NCBI GenBank assembly: GCA_965235115.1
Contig: OZ249436.1
Coordinates: 41,170,001 to 41,234,000 of the forward strand
DNA length: 64,000 nucleotides
Direction: 5' to 3'
DNA from: Laetmonice hystrix
Lineage: Eukaryota
Shown one piece after another: positions 1 to 10,133 of this stretch (the first letter of the stretch is position 1; each line of letters opens with the position of its first letter). The position numbers and the translations under genes were made by a program. Under the pieces are notes generated by a model. That model ran no database searches. It had not been told where the DNA came from and was given only the letters and a program-made list of their open reading frames with translations.

Positions 1-574
1 GTTTTGTGTGAGTTATTACTCCAAATGTGTTTACATCCAAGATGGCCACCACGCGGCCATTTTGACTGATGTCAAAAATATCTTTGACCTGCCTCATCCG
101 TGGACTATCCCGGATCATTATGTAATGTTTCTTGCAAGATTATGTCGTTATCTTTAACTGTTTTGAAGATCCAGGCTATTGAAAATACGCATGACCTTGA
201 TTGACCTTTCAAGGTCGCTCAAGGTCATCGAAAATGGCGCCAAATGAAACGTCATATATGACTTCCTATCTATCAATAATATTAACTATTGCGTCATCTT
301 GCACCGTTTTCGAGATATAAGCCAAAACAGTGCCAAGCGGCCATTTTGAATGATATCAAAAATCTGTTTGACATGCATCATCCTCAGTTCATCATTGATC
401 CTTGTGTGAAGTTTCAAAGAAATCGACCCATACACTTCTGAGAAATCGCTGTCTACGGACATACGGACGGACGGACGGACGGCCGCACGGACGGACGGCC
501 GCACGGACGGACGGACGGACGGACGGACGGACGGACGGACGTCGAATTATAAGCCCCCCGTTGTGGGGGCTAAT
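1..574 (-). mobile_element. Helentron-associated (HINE/DINE-1-like) non-autonomous element, one end only; continues beyond window start
   Basis: Terminal hairpin AGCCCCC-cgttgt-GGGGGCT (552-571) lies next to a (GGAC)n/(GTCC)n microsatellite (~454-541), with an AT-rich junction and no TSD. This arrangement is typical of DINE/HINE ends. Confidence 0.6.
454..541. repeat. (GGAC)n tetranucleotide microsatellite
   Basis: About 20 near-perfect GGAC units with two GGCCGCAC variants. Confidence 0.95.
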
Positions 575-1687
575 AAAGCTATGAATCTCCAAATTGGTAT
601 ATTATTAGACGTCCGAAGGGGCTTTCCAGAAAAATATGCAACCATGCAGACTATACTGGATATCTTTCAAATGAGACCAATCCTACAAGCTGGGTTGACC
701 ATTTTTTTATCGTAGAATGACTAGACTGCCATGGCCATAGTGACTTTTAAACCATGTATGCTATAACTATACCGACAAAAAAGCTTTCCAAACCATATAA
801 TGAAATGACCTTGAACCAAGTGGGAGATGACCTTGACCTTTAATTCAAGGTCATGTCCCTCTTGCTTGGCGCAGAGCCTAAAACCTGTACCTTATCTGCC
901 GAGTCAGGCACCAGGCCGATAATCTTGTAGGATTGGTCTCATTTGAAAGATATCCAGTATAGTCTGCATGGTTGCCATGGTAGCCATCCACAGAGAGACT
1001 ATATATTTCTAGGGAAACATGTATATTTTCCATAAATATATTACACTGCCTTATAAAACCTTTTGTGTTTACCCAAATTCAAAATAGTCCCACACAGCCC
1101 AGGCAAATGTACAGAAAATGGGTATAAAGCATCAGATTTAGCGCTTTTTGAGATCCTGCACATCTTTCGTTGCCAGGGGATTTGCCATAGTTACCGAGGC
1201 TTGATGGCCAAACGTGATGACATGGCAACTGGCAGGCTCCGTCACCTTCTGAATGTTATCAAACTTATAGAATTGGGCCTCAAATTTTTTAATGAGATGA
1301 AACGTTCTCATGTTATAACTAAATTTTAGCCTTTTTAAACGGATGTTTTGGTTCAAATGACCTTGACCTTGGGGTCAAAGGTCAACAAATTATATTTTTC
1401 TGGAAAGCCCCTTCGGACGTCTAATAATATACCAATTTGGAGATTCATAGCTTTATTAAGTTTAGAGTGAGGTGGAAATATGTTTATTTTTTAGGAACCC
1501 CTATTTTTGTGTGACCTTTGACCTTTGACCCCTGCGTTCGTGACCTTAGCACAAGAATAGAGCTTGACCACCACCCTAGCAGAACGCAGGATATTGCATA
1601 GAATAATTTTGACATGGTGGCTGCGTTTGCTCTCTCCGGTAGAACGAAATTGATATTTAGGCCACTTTTCCAGGTTCAGCCTCCCTA
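571..1687. mobile_element. Truncated foldback/inverted-repeat DNA transposon, left arm interrupted by the HINE-like element
   Basis: Exact inverted repeats 571-637/1392-1458 (67 bp) and 638-689/924-975 (52 bp). Possible right terminus ...CAGCCTCCCTA at 1687 (TAG on the minus strand). Confidence 0.55.
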
Positions 1688-2450
1688 CTTATACTACTGA
1701 TTTATGATTTTTCAATTCTTCAAACAGGTTTCAAGGTATGAAAAAATAGGATTTCCAAGGCAAATTAGAAAACTCTGATCCCTGATTACAATTTACAGCA
1801 ATGGGATATAACTCTATGCTAATCAAAGAGTGTTCATTTAGATAATTTGTCAATCAGGTAGCCTCTATTCTAGCCTTGTGGTCAACCATGACAATGGATG
1901 CCGGCAGACTGTCCCACAGCTGACCCTGAGTTTATTATAACACACTGGGGATGTGTTACAGACCAGCTGCTCCAAACTTAGACACATAGTCAGGATCTGC
2001 ATGGTGGACCCACACATTTCAAATTGATCACTCGAGATCTGCTGGTTATCGAAGAACACTGACTCTAACTATACAAATTGTTTCTCCCAACTTGCATTGA
2101 AGCGAGGTGGTGGCCCCTCGTCTACTTTCAAACCCAAAAGACATTAATTTTTCCACATGTAGTTTGTCGTACAAATTTCATAGATTGAGTTAACCTAATA
2201 ATTCTAATGTATGTTGAATCACCCTGAGCAGAGGGCAGAAGTGTTTCTTGATAAATGCGCCCCTGCAGGAACCACAGGATAACTAGGGCCAGCATAAAAT
2301 TTAACAGCTCATTTTTTTTGCCCATGATTAGTGCATGGTTAGGGATATCACATCAGTCTATGAACCACTCCACGAGGAGAAAGTCACTCTGTAAATTCCA
2401 TTGATTTATGATTTTTCATTTTAAATCTTTTCAAAGAAATTTTTAATTAC

Positions 2451-2639
2451 CTGCATAGGGGACCATCCCAATCAGAGTGGGCACTATACCTCTGTACAGT
2501 GCTCTAACTCCACCTTCTTCTGTCACTATAACTTTGAAGGCATGAATGATACCAAAATAGATATCTTCTCCCGCCACTTGAAAGGCCAATCGGGCACGGA
2601 TCATGTCCAATGGGTATGTTGTAATTACAGCCGTCATGC
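2451..2639 (-). CDS. SLC25A16: Mitochondrial carrier SLC25A16-like (Graves disease carrier), coding exon 5
   Basis: Translates (G)MTAVITTYPLDMIRARLAFQVAGEDIYFGIIHAFKVIVTEEGGVRALYRGIVPTLIGMVPYA(G), with the carrier signature Px[D/E]xx[K/R]xR. Bounded by tttcag| and |gtaatt; phase 1-1. Confidence 0.93.
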
Positions 2640-2912
2640 CTGAAAGACCAGGTAAGACATCACAAGTAACATTCCATGTCGAATACAACTTAATTAACAC
2701 TGATTATTAATTTTTTAACTTATGCCTTCTTTAGCTGTACTACATTATATTGACATGTTACCAACTGCTCAATCAGACTAAAACATTAGTTTGAAGTACA
2801 TGTACTAATTCTGTGCTGGATCGGGAATTTCTTTTCATAAATCAGTGACACTTAACTAGATGAATAAACAAGATGAAAATCAAAAAGAAGTAAATTCAAA
2901 AGTTTTTTATAC

Positions 2913-2973
2913 CAGCAAGAGACCCAGCTAAGAGGTTAACAATCTGCGAGTGTGGCAGTGATGCCCTTAACAA
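2913..2973 (-). CDS. SLC25A16: SLC25A16-like coding exon 4
   Basis: LLRASLPHSQIVNLLAGSLA(G); ttgcag| acceptor and |gtataa donor; phase 0-1 joins the neighbouring exons in frame. Confidence 0.88.
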
Positions 2974-3004
2974 CTGCAAAGAAAATGACAACTATGGTAA
3001 TTTT

Positions 3005-3113
3005 AGTGAATACTGATTTATCCTGGCCAATCTGAATAGCAGTTTATTCTAGTTTACAAGTGAATACTGATTTATCCTGGCCAATCTGAATGGCAGTTTA
3101 TTCTAGTTTACAA
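3005..3113. repeat. 54-bp tandem duplication (2 copies) in an intron
   Basis: AGTGAATACTGATTTATCCTGGCCAATCTGAAT[A/G]GCAGTTTATTCTAGTTTACA occurs twice with one mismatch. Confidence 0.95.
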
Positions 3114-3379
3114 TAACAATGTACATAGCTGAACTTCAAATGCACGACAGGGGGAGGCACTTTTACAGAACTTGTGAGTCACTTAAGTTCAAAAATCCAT
3201 GACATCAAACATGATGATTCAAAATGAAAACGTTATCAATCTTAGATTTTGCTTCTTTACCATGGAGTTTTTTGTACAACTAGATCCTGATAACTTTACA
3301 TCACATTTTAATTTCTTCCTTGGCTTTGGCCTGGACCCAATCAAGTTAATGATTCCTATTCCTAGTTTAAACATCTTAC

Positions 3380-3513
3380 CTGTTTAAAGTGTTCATAGCT
3401 TGCAAACTGAATGGCAGCATAAGGGAAGATGCGGACCATCTGAGCGCCATTGCCGCGGAACAAACCAAGGAGGCCTTCCTTCTGGACAACAGTCCCCACA
3501 GTTGAAAAGACCC
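3380..3513 (-). CDS. SLC25A16: SLC25A16-like coding exon 3
   Basis: (G)VFSTVGTVVQKEGLLGLFRGNGAQMVRIFPYAAIQFASYEHFKQ; actcag| and |gtaaga; 134 nt, phase 1-0. Confidence 0.93.
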
Positions 3514-3892
3514 CTGAGTTGAAAAAGCCGCACGACAGGTCTAGTAATAGTATGTTTACCGGAAAGATGCTACATTTTATTTTTCTGGGACATGGCAACT
3601 AAAATGTCTCATCTTCACAAATTCTGAGGAAAGAAAACACATCTTGACACACACATCTACGTTTTTCCAAATATGCCAACTTTGTAAATTGTGGAACACC
3701 CCTTTTCCAATATGCCACATTTCATTTGAGTGTTCTGGGATTATTTCACCCCCTTTTTCTCTATGAGGGAAGAGGATGGAGGGCAACTTCAGAAGGGCAG
3801 GTTTTCATTTGATGGACCAGATAAAGTGAGTTGAAACCCTTTATTCATAACATAATGATTAGTGATATATTTTATGGACATGTTCTACTTAC

Positions 3893-3985
3893 CAAGGTGT
3901 TTATAATGTTTATTGTGTGCCTGCAGTAAAATCTTCACTCTGTCAAAGGGTGCCACAGTTGACTTTGCAAAGCACCCTGCAACCC
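3893..3985 (-). CDS. SLC25A16: SLC25A16-like coding exon 2
   Basis: (G)VAGCFAKSTVAPFDRVKILLQAHNKHYKHL(G). The APxDRVKxLLQAHNxHYKHLG motif is characteristic of SLC25A16. tttcag| and |gtaagt; 93 nt, phase 1-1. Confidence 0.94.
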
Positions 3986-5929
3986 CTGAAACATAGTTAG
4001 GTACAACATAAATCCAATAACCTCTACAGGAAACTACATTTAATCATAGTCTGCATTCTCCTGATCTGATCTTGAAAGTATAATGTTTGTTTTTCCCCTT
4101 GAAGGTGTTATCAACCTAATTTGAACCACAGACGTTTGAACTTATTCAAAGCGGTCATGGTCAGCACTATCATACACTTTCACAAATCTAGATCTAGTTA
4201 ACTGTTAACTGACATAGATTTTACTGATCAACAGATTGCTCTACCTGTCACATTGGGGTGATCTGGTTGTCAAGGCCACTTAGATAGAGGCTGCTATACC
4301 ATTGCTAGACCATAACATTTCACCTTTCAGATACATTCTACTAATTTCTAACTTCTGAGGCCTTATGCCATGGAGAAATGTTTTAATTTGCCAGTCTTTA
4401 ATACAGTGTAACTGTAAGTAATAATATTATGGCCAAGGTATGAAAAGATTTTTGTATTGTTTAAAGTAAAAATTTTAAACTCTTACATTCTCTTACATCC
4501 AAAAAAAGGGAAATTGTCACACTGTTAATATGCAAAGCAAAAAAATCGAGTTTAGAGTAATTTATGTACAAATGTACACAGGGATGTGCCAGCCGGGCGA
4601 TTTTAGCACAAAACTAAAATGGTTCAAGTGCTGCCCGGTAGGAATTTTTATTAGGCCTATCATCATCTGAAAAAAATAGCTCCAAAAAAATATTCCAACT
4701 GAAAACCTTGCGTCTTTGGTGCTACCGCAAAACTTCCACCTAAACGGGGTTCTGGAAGACACCGTTTAGAAACTGAACTAATTTCGTGCCCTGCTAGTCT
4801 ACTCGACTGTAGCCCTATCTCTGTACATGTGACATGATGTAGCGACCGTAACGCTCACTAGAGGCGCTGGGGTAGCTAGAAATGGATTCTGCCAAAATTC
4901 TTGGTAAAAAAAAACAGCACTTTGTTGTACCCCACCTAGGGAGCTTGAACTAAGATGTTTTGGCTAAATATTACACAGAATCGACAGGAAAACATCTGAA
5001 GTGAGCGTATTTGATTGATTTTCGCTCGAGTGCCCGGGGAAAAGGTATTTAATCAATGTTTGAATAAAATGAAAAAACGTGCATATACGCCATTTAAACC
5101 TTGATATTTAAATTCCTTGGTGTCTTTTTAGTATAACCGCATGGTTTTTGTAATTTTTGAGTTTGGACATCACATAATATTTCAGCGTTGAAGCCACCCC
5201 TCTCCTAGCCGTTAATGATGAGCGGCCATTGAAGGTGAGCGATAATAGAGAGCCGTACGCTTCGGACATTTCGACATGCGCCAATTTGGCCTTCAGCTCT
5301 GAGTGGATGCACTGCATCTGTCCATTCTGTGAGTTAGTGGCAAAATTTATAACTTGTATGCATAGAGTACATGAAAACAAACTTATGAAGACTCTGCATA
5401 GTTAATATTGGCTTGGAAGACCGACTAATGAGGCAGCAAACTAGGCAGCAACCGGCCTGATTTCATAGTAGACGGCCAAAAACCACTGACATTCATGACT
5501 TTGAGAAGCTATTGTTTGGCCACAAATAAATCAAGAGGTTTGAAACTTTGCACAAATACTAAATATGACTTATATTAAAGGCAGAAACATGAAAAGTGGG
5601 TATATGGGCTTTTTATTAAAAGATATCTTGGTGTACCATGTTTTTTCCAGTTTTCATGATTTTCTTGTCTCAGAAAAGCTCAACCTTCCGACGTTCAATG
5701 AAGCATATCTCCACTTCCCTATGTCCGATCTTCAAAATTCGAACAGTTTTGAACAAGGCAAAACTAGACCTTTCATATGATGTATCACTTGTAGATATCG
5801 GCCGAATTTAAAAAAATGGCTTACGGTCGCTACATGATGTGTACTGTACGTTAGCTTTTTGAAGGCTACGGCTACCGCAATGCCACGGCTGCGGCTGCTG
5901 CTCCGCCTGGTACACGGTACTGTCATTGA

Positions 5930-6085
5930 CAGTTACTGAGTTAGCAGGTAAGCCAAACTGTCAACGACTCTCACTCAGTCCAGGCGCAACACTGACTCAT
6001 GTGAACTGTGTTGCTTACTGTGTGTGTGTCACTGACTGAGTCTGACTGACTGAGTGGGTGAGTGAGTCAGACTCAGTGTTGACAC
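5930..6085. repeat. Degenerate (CTGA/GAGT/TG)-type low-complexity tract in intron 1
   Basis: Repeated actgactgag / gagtgagtcag / tgtgtg motifs. Confidence 0.6.
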
Positions 6086-6193
6086 TCTGTCTCTGGCTGG
6101 GCTGATTCGAAATTAGCGTACAAATTTAAATATAACGTGATATAAATATGTTGTTCATGCCTGCGTGCAGTTAGCTCATTGGTGAATACATAC

Positions 6194-6263
6194 CCCCTGC
6201 TATAAGGGTCTTAAAGACCATTTCTCGAGTTCTTTGAGGCCGACTCCGGGTGCTGTTCGACAT
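6194..6263 (-). CDS. SLC25A16: SLC25A16-like coding exon 1 (start codon)
   Basis: ATG at 6263; MSNSTRSRPQRTREMVFKTLIAG(G) then a |gtatgt donor, phase 1. Splicing gives the expected ...LIAGGVAG carrier helix-1 motif with exon 2. Confidence 0.85.
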
Positions 6264-6280
6264 TGTGAAGCCTCCGACAT

Positions 6281-7960
6281 GATCTCCGCCTGATCGACGG
6301 CTGAACACAAGGGTCAAGGTCGAACAACAACGATTCTTACGCCCCCAAGCGGCTAATTAACTACCGCAAGTGGCTGGTTCCCTGTGAGAGGAATGAGGCA
6401 GGGAACCAGCCAGCGGCTGGGCCAGCTTTCCCGCCACATGGTTGCAGAAGCTCTCGACAGGTTTTAAAAATGCACGATAGTCGCCCATAGGCCTAATCAA
6501 TGTCTACTGAAATAAAAGTATCCAGAAAATTGACGCTGACAGGCGCGGGTCCTATTTTAGAAGACTATATCCGTCCGCCGTAGACTTGATTTGCTAAGCC
6601 TTTGGGCAAACTCTCCGTCTCTGGCGGTAGGCTACCTTCCCAAGGGCAAGGCGCGACAATACGAATACGAGGTAGACTACTAATAAAATAAGTTTTTATT
6701 GCACGACCAACATACAAGTAGGCAAAATAGCAACTAGCTGGTAGGCTACTAGGCCCCCTACCTGCTATAATTATGTTATGGGAGTATCATACCTCCTGGC
6801 CCGATCCACGTGCTCTGTAGGGGGCGGAGCACCATCATTCAAAGATAGGCCGGTTCTTATCACTATTTTACCAAGTTCAAAAATTTGACATGCGAAATGC
6901 GGGTCATGCGAGCTTCGAAGGCGCGATCAAACCTCGAGTGGAAGTTCTGGTTCCCCCAGAAAAAAAATTGATTTAGCCTAATTAAGTGCCAAATAGGCCT
7001 AGGTCTACGCGTTTTCCTGGCCTTAAACAGTCCTAGATTTATCATTCAGCCGGGCACTGAGGTCCTGTGGCACGGTCCTCGCGGGTCAGCGGGTTTTGGT
7101 GCCGGTTTGCGGGTCTGATTAATAATAATAATAAAAAAAAAAAGAATTGCGCATGCGGCTGAAGGGAGGGGGGGGTAATATCAGGGCCGGATCCGGGGAG
7201 TTGCAACCCCTCTTAGAAATCTCGCAAAAAAGAAAGAAAAGCAAAGGTGTCAAAATGTCCGTCTAAAACTAAAGTGATAAGTAGCTAGATCTAGGTCTAG
7301 CCTAGGCCTATAGGCCTACTAGGGGGCCTATAGGGCCTATTTCAAAAATAATAATAGACTAGACGACTGCAACCGTTACCCCCCCCTGAAAAAATCCTGA
7401 ATCCGGCCCTGCATATTCCTACAATCCCTATAGGCAGAGTGGTAGCCTGTCCTTAAAAGTTAGGCCTCCAAGGCCAAAAACTTTTTTAAAAGGCAGCACG
7501 GTGTGCTCATTTTCACCAGTTATCGCCAGATGGCAGCACTGATTCTGCTCATGGTGACGTCAGATCCGAGGAGAAAAGTGTTTGAGGGCGGGCCTGATGA
7601 GGAAGATGTCTAGGATACAGCTAAAATTTCATGCTCATTGTGCACTCTGATACGTCGCCAGACACGAAGTGATAATTATTACTGCTCCTGCCACAATCGA
7701 AAGGAAATTGCTCACCATATAGTATGATATCGTTCTGGAAAATGACTGCGAATGAAGGCAATAACCACCTTGGAGTAAGTGACATCGCACTCGCAGTGGT
7801 GTTGTTGTTTTCTGTCTGTCAACAAACCTAATAATTACAAGACCAGCCAGCGTTATAGTTCTACTGGTTGTGCATTGGTCTTGCCTTCTACGGATTACCT
7901 AGGACGAGGATTTCACGGAACGATTGGATCTTTGTGTTAATCATTTACAGTCCGCTATGT
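6281..7960. promoter_or_regulatory. Putative promoter region of SLC25A16, possibly shared with the divergent MARCH gene
   Basis: CpG-containing sequence upstream of the ATG. NRF1-like TGCGCATGCG (7148-7157), CTCF-like TCGCCAGATGGCAGC (7523-7537) and a full CRE TGACGTCA (7555-7562). Motif matches only. Confidence 0.45.
7182..7411. mobile_element. hAT-like MITE
   Basis: Perfect 11-bp TIR CAGGGCCGGAT...ATCCGGCCCTG with G/C-rich subtermini; no clear TSD. Confidence 0.7.
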
Positions 7961-8831
7961 TTGTAAGGCTTTATAATTCCAGTGCGCACCCCATCGATGT
8001 CACAGTTGTGATTCCTGGCGGGGCTACCGCCCTTACGCCCAGCTAACCTAACGCTGGGCCCGAGCCCGAGCCGAGGCCAGCCGAGACTAGCTTTTCCTCA
8101 GCAGAAGCGTACGAGCCGAGACCAAGTGTCGCTCATCCCGTTGCTACCTTTCATTATCGTAGCCATTTTTACTAAGGGAGTTCTAGACCTGGCTACCTCC
8201 TACAGCTGACGGAGGGCTGAGCCAAGCGTACGGTGTGGTGGCCACGCCATCCGTCTGCCCGTGGCCTTGGGCTAGTCTAGGGGGAAACCCTATGCTGTAG
8301 CCACTGTCTGAGCCAAGGTGTTGGCTGGGAGAGCAGTACTGGGGACACAGAATTCCGGGTGGAATGTTTGGGTGCAGGCGGCCTACAGCTGCCATCTCCC
8401 GTGACCCAGTCAGAGTCTGGAAGACGCCTGCAATGTGTACTTAATTAGCCTCTATATAGGTCTGCTTGGTCGCAGGTAGGCATGATTGAGACTCCAAGAG
8501 GGAACTTAATTAATTATGATTTCTGAAGACTATTTACATAATGTGGCGTGTTGCAATGTTAACCCCAGTTATATAATTATGTAGGGCAGTGGAGATAACC
8601 TATCTAACATAAATATCTGATTGTCTTAGACAATGAGGCAGTCAGAATAACACTGATTAGCTTTGCTTGATTGTAAATTAGGGTTATAATTTGCCTCTGA
8701 ACTATTATTTTATCCCATTTAGCCAGTATTGTAGTAAGGTTACCATAGGCCTACCTGCTTATGATTTTGTTATGAAATCCTCTTACTGCTGATTTTTTTT
8801 AGATATTTTAATTAAAATAGAGGAATATAAG

Positions 8832-9197
8832 CAGGCATGAGAGTGTTCCGATTATTCTCGGAATTCCGATTTTTTTTACATCCAAATTTGTGGTCATCGA
8901 GATCGATGCAAATCCGTTGAGATCTCAAAATGCATTATGATGGGGGGGGGGGGGGGGGGTGAGGGTAAAACCTGTTCGAATTCATCAAAACTTGCCAGCA
9001 AACATTGCAACATTGCATCATCCTGGCATAAAATCTTGATGAAAACTGTGTTTTGTGAAAATGCTAAGGTAGGCCCTACCTGATTTTGTTTGCTCAGCTT
9101 ACACCTGGCTTCGCCCCTTGATATCCCAAGGGCCTCGCCATTTTCCATAGCCCCGGAAATTTTCAGATTTTTTTTTCAGTCGTCGCTCTCATGCCTG
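8832..9197. mobile_element. MITE with CAG...CTG termini and 6-bp TSD
   Basis: 12-bp TIR CAGGCATGAGAG...CTCTCATGCCTG, flanked directly by TATAAG on both sides (8826-8831, 9198-9203). Confidence 0.85.
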
Positions 9198-9423
9198 TAT
9201 AAGTCACGGGATTGCCATTCAAGAATTTTAACCTCAGATAATATAGTGTGTGAAATGTTCATTGATGAATATATTCTGTAAAAATAAGATTGTATGGAGG
9301 CAGTGTCAAACCATCCTGTAAAACTTTACCCATTGAAGGTGCAGTTCTGTATTGACCATGCACATAGATCCACACTGGTGGATCGGGTGGGGGGAGTTTA
9401 GGGGGTTTAATTTACCCCCCTTG

Positions 9424-9470
9424 GAAACCGATTTTTCTTTTTTCCCCATAACTTTTGAATTGACCATGCC
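9424..9470 (+). repeat. Dispersed repeat fragment, similar to 62781-62829
   Basis: Shared ...ACC[G/A]ATTTTTCTTTTTTC.CCCATA...CTTTTGAATTGACCATGC followed by C-rich sequence. Confidence 0.65.
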
Positions 9471-10133
9471 AAACCCTCCCCCCTCAAAGCAAATTCTTTC
9501 CATAAAGATTCACTTTCAAACAAGGGGAGGTATATAAATTGCCCCTGCCCCTTTCACTGTAATCAGAACATAGTGGGTGCCTTAGTGTGTTACTTGAGCA
9601 CTTGAAAATCGACACAATTGTGATCATTCTCCTCTGTTTTTTTTTATTTTGAATGATGGACTGATGGAAAAGGTAAAGGAAGTCGAAAGATTTAATTACG
9701 ACTCACAATCAGGACAAGAAGGGCTGATACTTGGGCCAATTAATTAGCTCCATAGATACATTACGTTTTGAATCCTGCATTTTGATTGGACGATGGCGAG
9801 AAGAAAGTTGCCCAGATCTGGGGGGGATGCGTTATTTTGGTAGAAACGAAAGCAGATTTGAACTGGAGATTGCACCAACATGTGATTTTATATGTCCATG
9901 GTAATCTATGGCATGAGAGAGTCGCCTTGGTCCTCTCGCAGTTGTAATAAGACCAAAATCGCCAGCCACAAAAAATATATCTAAACAGTCCAGTCTTTAA
10001 AAACTTAGGATATTGGCTTTAAACGCCTTGGATTGGCTGGTGTGTTGCAACCAGGCATTCACAAGCCCTTAAGCTCAGGCAAGAGCTTTAGCTAAGAAAT
10101 AGGCCAAGAAGACATAAAGTGAAATCTTCATTA

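Noticed and set aside
1..2450. Further SLC25A16 exons (third carrier repeat)
   Set aside because: No matching translation was found; they probably lie outside the window.
4560..5830. Transposon-like sequence in SLC25A16 intron 1
   Set aside because: It looks repeat-derived, but no matching TIR pair or TSD could be established.
6301..6340. Minus-strand GTAAG...TTCAG mini-intron in the SLC25A16 leader
   Set aside because: Only 40 nt, much shorter than the other introns here; needs transcript evidence.
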